Positions 25,061 to 34,532 of a DNA stretch of 59,226 nucleotides are shown here, in pieces (the first letter of the stretch is position 1; each line of letters opens with the position of its first letter). The notes beneath the pieces were generated by a model. That model saw only the letters and a list, made by a program, of their open reading frames with translations, had not been told where the DNA came from and did not search any database. The stretch lies in the IMG/VR virus record IMGVR_UViG_3300031133_000403; one strand, written 5' to 3'. Source of the DNA: an uncultured virus (IMG/VR IMGVR_UViG_3300031133_000403) (Duplodnaviria > Heunggongvirae > Uroviricota > Caudoviricetes). Both the position numbers and the translations under genes were made by a program.

Positions 25061-26292
25061 GACGTCACGATGCGTACGTGACGCTTCCGACCCGCCGACA
25101 GCGTGGCCGGCAGGACGCCCAGCGTTTCCACGGCGCCTGCATTGGCGTCGTTGACCGCCTCTCCGTTCACGCGGAGCCCCCCCTGCTGCGCCAGACGCCG
25201 CGCGCCGCCCTTGGATTCCGCGAGCCTGGCCTTCACGATCAGATCGGCGAGCGTCATCGTCGACAGGGCTTCCGCGTCGATCGCCACGGTGGGCATGTCC
25301 TCGTCCGCACCGGACCCCGAGAACACCTCGCGCGATGCTGCTGCGGCCGTCTCCGCCGCAGCGCGCCCGTGTGCGATCGCGACGGCCTCGGTCGCCAGCG
25401 CGATCTTGGCCTCGTTGATGGCCGCGCCCTCCAGCGCGCGCAGCCGTCGCACCTCGTCCATGGGCAGATCGGTGAACAGTCCCAGGAACTCGCCGACCTT
25501 GGCGTCCGGCACGTTCCGCCAGAACTGCCACAGGTCGAAGCTCGACAGCCGGTCGGGCGAAAGCCACACCGCGCGTCCGTCGGCCGTCTTGCCCATCTTG
25601 CGTCCCGTCTCGTCCGTCATCAGCGGCGTGGTCAGACCGAACAGCGTGCTGCCGTCGTCGCGACGACCCAGTTCCATCCCGGCGAGTATGTTCGACCACT
25701 GATCGGAACCGCCGACCTGCAGAGACACCCCGAAGCGTCGTCCCAGTTCGGCGAAGTCCATGCCCTGCATCATGTTGTACATCAGCTCGGCGATGGTGAG
25801 TGGCAGCTGCTGATCGAGACGCCGCGAGACGATGTCCAGCGTCAGCATGCGGTTGAGCGTGAACTTGCGCGCCGGTCCCTGGAGGAAGTCCGTGAACGTC
25901 AGATCGTCCAGCCAGTCGGAATTGTGCACGTGCCGGCACGGTCCGACGATGCGGTCCACCACGCTGACGATGCCGATGCGGTTTTCCTCGATCCGTTCCG
26001 CCGTCAGCATCGGGCGGGCGCCGTTCTTGTCGGATGGATCCCCGACGCGCGTCGTCGCGTCGCCGAACAGCACGAAGGCCTCGTGCCCGTGCGCCTTGAG
26101 GATGCGCAGCACCATCAGCTGGATCATCGAGCCGACATGCAGGCTCGACGCCGTCAGGTCGAAACCGATGTAGGCCGAGATCGGACCTGCCGCCGCGAGT
26201 TCGTCCAGTCCTTCGATGTCAGTCGCCTGGTTGACGTAGCCGCGCTCGGCCAGCGTTCGCATCAGCGGCGACTTGAGCTTGTCCACGTTCAT
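25057..26292 (-). CDS. tyrS: Tyrosine--tRNA ligase
   Basis: YIGFDLTASSLHVGS (HIGH), QVGGSDQW, KMGKT (KMSKS), C-terminal S4 domain. Confidence 0.95.
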   Translation of the reverse strand: MNVDKLKSPLMRTLAERGYVNQATDIEGLDELAAAGPISAYIGFDLTASSLHVGSMIQLMVLRILKAHGHEAFVLFGDATTRVGDPSDKNGARPMLTAERIEENRIGIVSVVDRIVGPCRHVHNSDWLDDLTFTDFLQGPARKFTLNRMLTLDIVSRRLDQQLPLTIAELMYNMMQGMDFAELGRRFGVSLQVGGSDQWSNILAGMELGRRDDGSTLFGLTTPLMTDETGRKMGKTADGRAVWLSPDRLSSFDLWQFWRNVPDAKVGEFLGLFTDLPMDEVRRLRALEGAAINEAKIALATEAVAIAHGRAAAETAAAASREVFSGSGADEDMPTVAIDAEALSTMTLADLIVKARLAESKGGARRLAQQGGLRVNGEAVNDANAGAVETLGVLPATLSAGRKRHVRIVTS

Positions 26293-26312
26293 CTCTTTTC
26301 CCTTCGGGTTGG

Positions 26313-26687
26313 TCAACGACAGGGCCTCCTTGAAGCCCCGTCTATTTCGATCCTGTGACCGGTTGGTGCCGGCGTCTCCGTCCAGCCGAGCGTGCAGCAC
26401 AGCCACCACTCCTCGCGTCCATCCTCGTCGACCACGCGCGCCATGTCTCCGGTCATCAGCGATCGTCCGCCGTCGACGGTCCTGCGCACCGCGTCCACGT
26501 TCTGATACGATGCCCACAGCCTTTCGCACGCCTCGGCCGGGTTCCGCGCGTCGATCTCCAACGCCACCCGCTCATCGAATCCGGCAAGCGGGAGCACGAC
26601 CTTCCGCCTCCGCAGCGCCAGGACGATCAGGGGATCCCCGTCGAGGGTGGCGTTCGTAAGGGTGAACGGCGTGACGACGTACTTCAT
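26313..26687 (-). CDS. Hypothetical protein
   Basis: Start MKYVVTP after GGAG; RSLMTGD...W.C...GW. Confidence 0.6.
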   Translation of the reverse strand: MKYVVTPFTLTNATLDGDPLIVLALRRRKVVLPLAGFDERVALEIDARNPAEACERLWASYQNVDAVRRTVDGGRSLMTGDMARVVDEDGREEWWLCCTLGWTETPAPTGHRIEIDGASRRPCR

Positions 26688-26706
26688 GGCGTGGGAATCT
26701 CCGTTT

Positions 26707-27441
26707 CTATCGTCCGGCGTCGATCGACGCCAAGGCATCGGCGAAACCCACCGTGTCGGCATGCAGGGTGATCTTCAGCGTCCCGAGCGGCGTGGTCCGC
26801 ATCGCGCGGATGCGCAGTCCCGCGCCTTCGAATGCCGTCCCCGTCATCACGGCGTCGAGTGGCTGGTCGCCGGCGGCGAGCATGATGGCTGCCGGAATCA
26901 CGGGCGGGTCGTAGACCGTCAGCACGTTTCCCGACAACCATATCCACCCCTTGCGCAGCGACGCCGCGAAGCATCCGCGTTCGTAGTGGATGTGGCCCTG
27001 TCCGCACTCCTGCGCCAAGGGTTGGCACGACGTCGCGGGCGACGGCCCGTCGACGCCGAACACCTGCACCCTGTCGATGCTGCCCATGGCGGCCGCAAGC
27101 ACTTCGCGCGCATCGTCCATGCCGCGCAGCAGTCCAACGAGCGCCAGGCTGACCCTGGGCGCGCGCATCCAGGCGACTTCGCGCTCCACCGCCGTTCTCG
27201 TCGCCCCGACGCCCTCCACGATGCGTCGCGCGGCTTCGGCGTCCGTGCCTTCGTGCACGCTTCGCGCGACGTAGTCGACGGGCATGTCGCGCAACGTGAA
27301 GCGGATCGAGCCGCCGGTCGCCTCGTGGTGCTCGACCGGAAGGTGCATGCCGACCAGGGGCATGACGCGGTCCGTCCGTTTGTTCCAGGCCCGCGTCATC
27401 GAGGCATTGCGGCGGCGCGCGGCACCGGTTGCGTCCGTCAC
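26707..27441 (-). CDS. Expanded paralogue family member 11
   Basis: IPAAIMLAAGDQPLDAVMTG; GTG start overlaps the upstream TGA. Confidence 0.7.
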   Translation of the reverse strand: MTDATGAARRRNASMTRAWNKRTDRVMPLVGMHLPVEHHEATGGSIRFTLRDMPVDYVARSVHEGTDAEAARRIVEGVGATRTAVEREVAWMRAPRVSLALVGLLRGMDDAREVLAAAMGSIDRVQVFGVDGPSPATSCQPLAQECGQGHIHYERGCFAASLRKGWIWLSGNVLTVYDPPVIPAAIMLAAGDQPLDAVMTGTAFEGAGLRIRAMRTTPLGTLKITLHADTVGFADALASIDAGR

Positions 27442-28070
27442 GTCCGGTACACCGGTTCGAAGTCGATGCCGATCCACTCCGGGAGCGAGGTCTCGATCGC
27501 GATGCCTTCGCGCCAATCCTGCCCCAGCACCATCTTCATCTCGTCGGCGCCCGCCGTGCGCACCTGCTCGACGATCATGTCCCCGCATGCGCCCACGTCG
27601 ACGATCTGCGACAGCCTCCTTCCCGTCGCCGCCATCATCACGACGTCCGGCAGGCTTCCTTCGCTCAGGTAGAACACGGTGCGCGCGCGATCGCGCTCGA
27701 TCACGGCGTGCATGTCCACGGTGATTCGCAGCATGGCCGTCGACAGTCTGTAGTCCTGATCCTCGCGCGCGATCTCCGCGCACAGGAACGGGCTTCCCTT
27801 CAGCCAGCGCTCCGAAAGCGGTCTGTCCTCCGCTCGAACCGGATTCGGTCGGATGAGAGCCGTGTGGGTGTAGGTTAGGCCGGTCGGCGGCACGTTCTGC
27901 CGCGTGCGCATGGTGGTGACCAGGTGTCGCGTGCCCGTCCTGGGATCGACCGCGAAGCGCCGCCAGTCCTCGTCGAGCGCCTGCGCCAGGACCTTCAGGT
28001 CGGAACCGTTCCGTTCGAGGTCGACCAGCGCGATCGATGCGGTGAGCGCGTCCATGTGGAGCGTCTTCAT
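27438..28070 (-). CDS. Expanded paralogue family member 12
   Basis: LPDVVMMAATGRRLSQIVDV; N-terminus MDALTASI resembles FDALTAAV of member 9. Confidence 0.75.
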   Translation of the reverse strand: MKTLHMDALTASIALVDLERNGSDLKVLAQALDEDWRRFAVDPRTGTRHLVTTMRTRQNVPPTGLTYTHTALIRPNPVRAEDRPLSERWLKGSPFLCAEIAREDQDYRLSTAMLRITVDMHAVIERDRARTVFYLSEGSLPDVVMMAATGRRLSQIVDVGACGDMIVEQVRTAGADEMKMVLGQDWREGIAIETSLPEWIGIDFEPVYRT

Positions 28071-28191
28071 GCTTTTTCCCCTTCCGTTGCGTTTCATGGC
28101 CTTCAGGCGCATCATTCGGGAATGCGCATCGATCCCCCTCCCATCACGATGGTCCCGGCATCCCGCCGGGCCTCGTCATGCGGAGGTCAAC

Positions 28192-28416
28192 ATGAGGGAT
28201 CGGAACTGGAGGCGGGGGCGCAGGGCGCGTGCCATCGCGCAGGCGCGGGATCGTGCGCGCATCATCGGCGTAACCCCCGGGTACGTCGACCACTGGGTCA
28301 GCCGGTCGGCGGGCACGCCGCATCCGTGCAGCGCATATTGCTGCGGCAATCCCCGCGCCCACGGCCAGGGCGCTCGCGCGTGCGAGGCATGGCCGCGCGC
28401 CGACGAGGAATGGTAG
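28192..28416 (+). CDS. Small basic Cys-motif protein of the phage-type CSxxxCGNPR kind
   Basis: GGAGG RBS; Arg-rich N-terminus; TPHPCSAYCCGNPR. Confidence 0.65.
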   Translation: MRDRNWRRGRRARAIAQARDRARIIGVTPGYVDHWVSRSAGTPHPCSAYCCGNPRAHGQGARACEAWPRADEEW

Positions 28417-28449
28417 CGTCCTTTGCCGCCCGCGAGGGCGGCCCGTTCC

Positions 28450-29862
28450 TCACGCCGCCTTGGCCATCGTCTCGCGATAGTCGCCGATGCGCAGACTTGG
28501 CACGTCGGTCTTGATGGCCAGATGCGTGAACCCCTGCAGGTACTGCCCGTTCTTGTCCTTGGCGTAGTTGCCCGTGGCGTCCTTCTGGTAGCCGTACACC
28601 CGCTTGGCCGCGGTGATGCGCGTGCCTTCGCCGAAGTGCGGATGCTGGACGATCTCGGCCAGCAGCCGGCCCTGCAGCTGCATGAGCACGGTGTCCGGAA
28701 GGTCGGTTGGAATCCAGAGCGTGCCGTGCTCCCACCTCACCTTGTCCGTCAGCTGGAATCCGCCCCTCAGCACGCCCTGCGCGAGCCTGGCCGTCCAGCC
28801 GGCCTCCTTGTCGGCCGCCCCGGTGCGGCTCGCCAGGATGCCGTCCACCTTCTCCACCCAGCCATCGCCGTGTCGCGCCATCAGGAGACGGGCGAACGGT
28901 TCCTCGATCAGCACGTTGTCCGGGTCGCAGCCGTCCATGCGCGAGCGTAGTTGCCGCTGGGCGTTGATGATGCCCGGCAGCACGTGCGCTACGTAGTGGT
29001 CCAGATCCTTCTTCATGACCGATTCGATCGGTGCCGGGCGGAAGTTGAAGCCCGTGCCTTCGTACGCGATGTGCACCCGCACGTTGCCGTAGTAGTCGCG
29101 CATCTCGAGACCGACCAGATTGAACGGAAGGTCCGGCGCATGCTTCGCGATCGCGGTCTCCATGGCGGCCCGCATCTCGTTGGCCCGCGCGTGCAGCTCC
29201 GCGGTCTGATCGCGTCTCTGCACGGCGGCGTCGATCACGCGTCCGATGTTCCTGCGCACGTCGGACAGCCTGCCATGCGCATACGGTCTCGCCTGGATGC
29301 CCATGCGGCATTCCTCGAAGATGCACTTCTCGCTCCACCCGGGATACGCGACCGCATGCTCGTTCTTCTCCGTCATGCAATGGCCGATCCGCGAGCGGTC
29401 GATGTCCGGCATGCGCGCCTCCATCTCCTCCAGGAAGATCCGCACGATGTCGTCGATCCGCGATCGGCACGGCACCCGGTTCGTCCATTCCTCGACGAGC
29501 GAATCCTCCGCATGCGACGGCACGTAGTTGTCGTAGGCCCCGGGCAGCGAGACGCGGTGCGACACCTCGACGTCGTGCCCGGCCAGGGAGATTGTCCGCA
29601 CCGTCTTGGAACCACCCGTTTCGTAGATCTCGCCGGCTCGCTGGATGACCAGTGGGAATTCCGGATGCTCCACGGCCTTCCGCGCCTCGGCGACCGCGTC
29701 GTCGCCCTTCCTGTGCGCCCTGACGATGGAGGCGGCGATCAGGCTGCGCGCCACGGTCGCCAGTCGCGTGCGGGTGTCCTGCACGCGGCCGTCGGCGCCG
29801 GGTAGAGCGTCGCAGGCGTCCGACAGGGTTGCCAGCATGGCGTCGCGCATCTTGTGCTTCAT
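28450..29862 (-). CDS. Expanded paralogue family member 13 (long)
   Basis: LPDTVLMQLQGRLLAEIVQHPHF; start MKHKMRDA after AAGGA. Confidence 0.8.
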   Translation of the reverse strand: MKHKMRDAMLATLSDACDALPGADGRVQDTRTRLATVARSLIAASIVRAHRKGDDAVAEARKAVEHPEFPLVIQRAGEIYETGGSKTVRTISLAGHDVEVSHRVSLPGAYDNYVPSHAEDSLVEEWTNRVPCRSRIDDIVRIFLEEMEARMPDIDRSRIGHCMTEKNEHAVAYPGWSEKCIFEECRMGIQARPYAHGRLSDVRRNIGRVIDAAVQRRDQTAELHARANEMRAAMETAIAKHAPDLPFNLVGLEMRDYYGNVRVHIAYEGTGFNFRPAPIESVMKKDLDHYVAHVLPGIINAQRQLRSRMDGCDPDNVLIEEPFARLLMARHGDGWVEKVDGILASRTGAADKEAGWTARLAQGVLRGGFQLTDKVRWEHGTLWIPTDLPDTVLMQLQGRLLAEIVQHPHFGEGTRITAAKRVYGYQKDATGNYAKDKNGQYLQGFTHLAIKTDVPSLRIGDYRETMAKAA

Positions 29863-29948
29863 CGGTGTTCCTTCGGCATGCGGACGCGGTCCGTACCGCT
29901 GATGCGGTCGGTCTCGAGCGTCCTGAATTGTTGCGTGTCGGTCCGGGT

Positions 29949-30269
29949 TCAGGCCCGGAAGATCTGCGGCTCGCCGAACGAGAAGCGCGGACGCTGTTCG
30001 TCGAGACGGACGGCCACGTCGTCCTGCTCCGCGCAATACGCCGACAGCATGTCGCGCAGGGCCTGGTCGCGGCTGAGCGCACGTGGATGCGGATCGCCGG
30101 TCGGAGTCCGCGTGGTCATGCGCCAGCGCCAGCTCCCGTCCTCCTGCATCCAGGACGTCGCGACGTCCCTGTGGCCTTCGGCGCGCGTCGGATCGACGAG
30201 CACGAGGCATTCGCGGCGGTCCTCGTAGCGGATGTCGTCGTCGAGCACCGTGATGTTCGGATCAGCCAC
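29949..30269 (-). CDS. Hypothetical protein
   Basis: 106-aa ORF coupled to the upstream small ORF. Confidence 0.55.
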   Translation of the reverse strand: MADPNITVLDDDIRYEDRRECLVLVDPTRAEGHRDVATSWMQEDGSWRWRMTTRTPTGDPHPRALSRDQALRDMLSAYCAEQDDVAVRLDEQRPRFSFGEPQIFRA

Positions 30270-30450
30270 GGCCGTTCTGCCCGTCCGAAGGGCATGGGCA
30301 TGGGAAGACGGCGTACGGATTGCACGGCGTGCGCCTTTCGATCAGCCATACGCAGCCGATGCCGAAGCCGCCCAGCGAGCCGACGGCCAGGACCATGTTG
30401 GCCAGATAGTGCGCGCCCACGGCGGCGGCTGTCGCGAAGGTGTCGATCAT
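30262..30450 (-). CDS. Small membrane protein
   Basis: Start MIDTFATA after AAGGGG; one hydrophobic segment. Confidence 0.5.
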   Translation of the reverse strand: MIDTFATAAAVGAHYLANMVLAVGSLGGFGIGCVWLIERRTPCNPYAVFPCPCPSDGQNGRG

Positions 30451-30541
30451 CTCTTTTCCCCTTCCGGAATGCTGTTCCCGGTGGGTTCCATTTTCGTCAG
30501 GCGCATCATGGGGGAATGCGCAACCATCCCCTCCTCCGTCG

Positions 30542-33500
30542 TCACTTGTAGAAGACGTTGTACGTCTTCGTTCCATCCGTCCCCTGCAGCGTGAAGTTCT
30601 TCGAACCGGTGGTCGTGATGTACTTGGCGACCGTCGCCGCGGTGGCGTCGGGGTATGCCTTCTGTATGTCGGCGAGCGATATGTAGACCTTGCCGGCCAC
30701 GTTGGCCGCCGCGCCGGGAGAGAACGTCGCCGCCACCGGCCTGCTCGACTGTTCGGCGGTCGTCGGGGTCGACTTGTATGCGCATGGGCCCACGACGCCC
30801 GGGCCGACGATCTGTCCGGTCTCCGTGCTGATGCAGCTCCAGTAGATCGACGAGTTGGCGACTAGCTGCAGCGTGGCGTCGAAGTCCGCGCCCGTCTTGA
30901 TGACCCTGTTCATCACCGGTTGCGTGTTCACGTTGGGCGACGTTATCGCGTTGCGGTGGTTCGGGTTCAGGTTCTCGTTCGCGTCGCATGTCGTCGTCCA
31001 CGTCTCGTCGTAGCTGCTGTCCCGCACCCCGCGCGTGTACACGGTGAGGTTGCGGTTGCAGATCTGGTTGTCCGCCAGCGTTCCGTACGGGAACGCGTCA
31101 CGTGCCTTCTGCGCGTTGATCAGCACCTTCCGGTAGGCCGGATGGAATGTCGCCGTGATGGTCTTGACCGCGGGATTCGGCATGTACTGGCACATCGTCG
31201 GATCGGCCGACGCCTTCGTGGTGTCGGTGTCGATGCACGTGTAGGAGGTGTTGTAGAACTCGACGGGCGCTTCCACGGGAGCCGCGTCGGTGGTGGGGTA
31301 CGGCAGACTCGTGAGACCGTAGTTGGCCGCTGCCGATCCGACCTCGTAGCTGTAGTGGTTTCGGATCGCTTCGGACGTGCAGCGGAACTTGAACGTCTTG
31401 TCGATCGTGCTGCCCGAGGCCGACCTGCTGGTGTAGGACGAGTTGCACAGGGTCGCCATGGACGCATCCGTGATCTCGGGCACCTTGGCGCGCACGTCGG
31501 CGGGGTTGATGTACGCGTACTGCAGGGTGAAGTTCAGCTGCGCGGTGATGGCTATGCTGGCGTTCACGCTGGCGGGATTCGCCATGTACTGGCAGTTCGA
31601 GGCGTCGACGGTCGCGCCGTTGGCGCTTGGATCCGTATCCCGGCACAGCACGGCGTCGGTGGTGTTCAGGTTCACCTGGCGCGTCTGGGTGCCGTTGTCG
31701 GAATAGCCGAATACGAAACCCGAGACCCTGGCCGTGGTCGGCACCTTGGCGTAGTGCAGCCGCACCGAGTTGGCGTCGCAGCTTGTCCGCCACGTCTGAT
31801 AGGTGGTTCCGCCCTGGTAGATCCGGATCTGCAGATCCTGGTTGCACATGGCATCGACGTTGGTGATGCTCTTCGACTGCGCCAGTACGGCCGCTCGATC
31901 GAAATAGATCTTCCGGAGGTCGAAGGCGAGCTTGGCCGGCACGTGGTAGGTGCCGTAGCCGTCCTGGTTCACCAGATAGTCGCACTTCCCGGCCTGCGCC
32001 GCCGACACGGGCTGTCCGGTGTTCGTATCCATGCAGACGACGCCGCCGGCGGTGGTCGAGAATTCGATCTGGTCGTCGAGGACCTTGCCCGCCTGGTAGG
32101 AGATGTCGCTGTACCCACCATACATGTAGTACTTCGATAGCAGCGTTCCGGTCGTCGAGACGCGCTTGTAGTGGTTGACGATCTCGGCCGGATCGCAGGT
32201 GGTCTTCCAGCTTTCGCTTCCGTAGAAATCCTGCAGGCGGAAGCTGAAGGTCTGGCCTGCGCAGAGCGCGGTCGTGCTGGCCTCGGGTGCGATCGCCTGG
32301 ATCTTCGCGGGATCGATGAGCGCCAGGCGGAAATCCGGCGCGAAGGTCGTGGCCTGCGGCAGCGTGCCTATGCCGGCCGGGTTGGCGAGGTTGGAGCAGA
32401 AGGACGCCGCCACCTCGCTGTTGCTCTGCGTATCGCGGCAGATGACGCCGGTCGTCGTGAGCACGTCGAACGAGTCCTGGAACGACGGCTGTCCCGCGCT
32501 GGTCTGCACGAACTTGGTGCGGCCGCTGCGATCATAGGCGTAGTAGTAGGAGGCGGGCGTGGCCAGCTTCGCCACCTTGGCGTAGCGCCCGGAGACCAGG
32601 CTCGCGTCGCAGCGGACCGACCAGTATTCGCCCGGTCCACCCGTGACGCGGAACGTCTGCGCCTGCGCGCACTGCTCCGCCATGTTCGTCACGTCCGGCG
32701 ACTTGGCCAGCACGTCGGCCGGATTGAATATCAGCGTGCGGTAGCCGGTCGCGTATGTGGCCGCCACCGTCACGGTGCCGACGCCGTCCGTCGCGGGCAG
32801 GAAGTCGCATGCCCCGCCGTCGACGGCTAGCGCATTGGTGTCGGTGTCGATGCACTGGACCCCGCCGCCGTTCGTGGAGAACGAGGCTGCGCCCTGATAG
32901 GGGGCCAGACCGGTGCTCGACTGACCCAGTGTCGGCACCTGCAGCGTGGCGCGAGTCGCCTTTCTCCTGTAGTGCACGCGCAGCGCCTCGGCATCGCACC
33001 TGATCTTCCATCCCTTCCCGCCTATGGAGACGGTGCCGCCGGTGCATAGTGACTGCAGTCCCGACGCCCCGAGCGTGGGAGCCTGGGCCAGGAGGTCGTT
33101 GGGATCGATCACCGCTACCTGCAGCAGCGGCTCGGTGCGCGCGCTGGCCTTGATGATGCCCAGACCCTGTGCCGCTTTGGCCGTCGACGGGCAGCTCTGC
33201 GCGGTCTGACCGGTCGCCATGTCGATGCAGCGCGTGGAGCCGTTGTCGGTGTTGAAGGTCAGTCGGCCATCCGCCACGTCCGCGATGCTTACCGGCGATG
33301 CGTAGGTCGGGATGCGGACGTAGTCGCCCGAGATCTCGGCGTCGTCGCAGGTCAGGCGCCACGTCTGCCCGTCGACCGTGATGCGCGACGAGCACAGCGC
33401 ATCGACGTTCTCGAGGGTCGGCGCCTTGGAGACCAGCTCCGCCCGACTGATGGAGATCGTGTGAAGTGCGGCGTTGGCCTTGGCCGGCACCGATATGAGA

Positions 33501-33814
33501 CCGATGGAGGCAGGCAGCGGCGCTGATGCGCAACTCGAGGCCGGCGCCTGTTCGCCCTGGCCATTGCGGCACTCCACCCTGGACGTGGTGTCGATGACGA
33601 CGACGTTGCCCGGCAGCGGATAGGTCGTGGCTTTGGGTTCCGCGGCGGTCGGGACGTTCTGGAACGCCGCGGGGGCGGCCGGGCGTGTGTTGGCGCGGGT
33701 GATCACCCGTCGCATGACGACGACGTCATCGGTCCCCGTGGTGGCCTGTTGCGCCTGCACGGTGCCCGGAAGCGAGACGCCGCACAGCAGCGCGAGGATG
33801 ACGATGTTCTTCAT
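30542..33814 (-). CDS. Secreted protein C: 1090 aa with about 8 diverged Cys-containing ~125-aa repeats
   Basis: Signal peptide MKNIVILALLCGVSLPGTVQA; DDVVVMRRVI after the predicted cleavage site; recurring C.DT.T...C...LC...W...CD units. Confidence 0.85.
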   Translation of the reverse strand: MKNIVILALLCGVSLPGTVQAQQATTGTDDVVVMRRVITRANTRPAAPAAFQNVPTAAEPKATTYPLPGNVVVIDTTSRVECRNGQGEQAPASSCASAPLPASIGLISVPAKANAALHTISISRAELVSKAPTLENVDALCSSRITVDGQTWRLTCDDAEISGDYVRIPTYASPVSIADVADGRLTFNTDNGSTRCIDMATGQTAQSCPSTAKAAQGLGIIKASARTEPLLQVAVIDPNDLLAQAPTLGASGLQSLCTGGTVSIGGKGWKIRCDAEALRVHYRRKATRATLQVPTLGQSSTGLAPYQGAASFSTNGGGVQCIDTDTNALAVDGGACDFLPATDGVGTVTVAATYATGYRTLIFNPADVLAKSPDVTNMAEQCAQAQTFRVTGGPGEYWSVRCDASLVSGRYAKVAKLATPASYYYAYDRSGRTKFVQTSAGQPSFQDSFDVLTTTGVICRDTQSNSEVAASFCSNLANPAGIGTLPQATTFAPDFRLALIDPAKIQAIAPEASTTALCAGQTFSFRLQDFYGSESWKTTCDPAEIVNHYKRVSTTGTLLSKYYMYGGYSDISYQAGKVLDDQIEFSTTAGGVVCMDTNTGQPVSAAQAGKCDYLVNQDGYGTYHVPAKLAFDLRKIYFDRAAVLAQSKSITNVDAMCNQDLQIRIYQGGTTYQTWRTSCDANSVRLHYAKVPTTARVSGFVFGYSDNGTQTRQVNLNTTDAVLCRDTDPSANGATVDASNCQYMANPASVNASIAITAQLNFTLQYAYINPADVRAKVPEITDASMATLCNSSYTSRSASGSTIDKTFKFRCTSEAIRNHYSYEVGSAAANYGLTSLPYPTTDAAPVEAPVEFYNTSYTCIDTDTTKASADPTMCQYMPNPAVKTITATFHPAYRKVLINAQKARDAFPYGTLADNQICNRNLTVYTRGVRDSSYDETWTTTCDANENLNPNHRNAITSPNVNTQPVMNRVIKTGADFDATLQLVANSSIYWSCISTETGQIVGPGVVGPCAYKSTPTTAEQSSRPVAATFSPGAAANVAGKVYISLADIQKAYPDATAATVAKYITTTGSKNFTLQGTDGTKTYNVFYK

Positions 33815-33885
33815 GCGAGACGGCTTCCTGTGCGTGCCGGGACGGCTCCCTTCGATCGGGATTTGGCTCCGTCACTATTCGTGAT

Positions 33886-33927
33886 TCATCCTGAAAACAA
33901 CCATCTCCATCTGTTGCGCATGTGGAA
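33886..33927. promoter_or_regulatory. Box B (TCATCCTGAAAA, 33886-33897) and box A in reverse orientation (TTGCGCATGTGGAA, 33914-33927)
   Basis: Reverse complement TTCCACATGCGCAA matches box A with one change. Confidence 0.6.
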
Positions 33928-33969
33928 ACGTGTGATTTCGACATGGGATTGGGCCTGGTGACATGCCGT

Positions 33970-33977
33970 CCTATAAG
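33970..33977 (+). promoter_or_regulatory. CCTATAAG putative promoter element
   Basis: On the plus strand ahead of a plus-strand lipoprotein gene, so orientation follows the gene. Confidence 0.45.
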
Positions 33978-34012
33978 TGTCCCGCACCCGTACCATTCAG
34001 GAGTTATTCGTT

Positions 34013-34327
34013 TTGCTGAGGATCGTTCTGAGCGCAGGAGCCCTGCTTGCACTGTCCGGCTGCGGCAGCGAGGAGCCCAGGCGACCGGCCAAGCCGGCGG
34101 CTCCGAACTACAAGACCATGACCTCGGTCGTCCAGGTCGAGAAGGTCGTTCCAGAGGGTCTCAAGGTGCCGTACCAGCAGCTCTTCGGCTGCACGTTCGA
34201 TCTCGCCATCAAGCGCAAGCAGCCTGCTCCCGCGATCGACCCCGTTCTGGCCGGCCGCATCCTGGAGACGGTCCGCAAGGATCCCTCGGCGGGCGAGAAG
34301 TGCCTGAAGGAGCTGCGGGAGTCCTGA
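34013..34327 (+). CDS. Putative lipoprotein
   Basis: CAGGAG RBS, TTG start, lipobox LSGC. Confidence 0.7.
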   Translation: MLRIVLSAGALLALSGCGSEEPRRPAKPAAPNYKTMTSVVQVEKVVPEGLKVPYQQLFGCTFDLAIKRKQPAPAIDPVLAGRILETVRKDPSAGEKCLKELRES

Positions 34328-34532
34328 CCCGCTTCCAGCGTCGGCGACTGGCGTCTTTCCCAACGGGAGACGCGGACGTTGATCCTCGAGCGGTGCCCTG
34401 ACGCACATCCCGGCGTCCGCGTGTGTTCCGAGCAGGCGCGTAGCCCATTGCGCCTCGATGTCGAGGGCGGCATGGACTGGATTTCGACCCCATCATCTCC
34501 GCGTTGACCGCATGGGGTCTCCGGCCTGGGCC

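Noticed and set aside
26293..26312. T-box riboswitch upstream of tyrS
   Set aside because: Only about 20 nt separate tyrS from the upstream ORF, and no T-box consensus is seen
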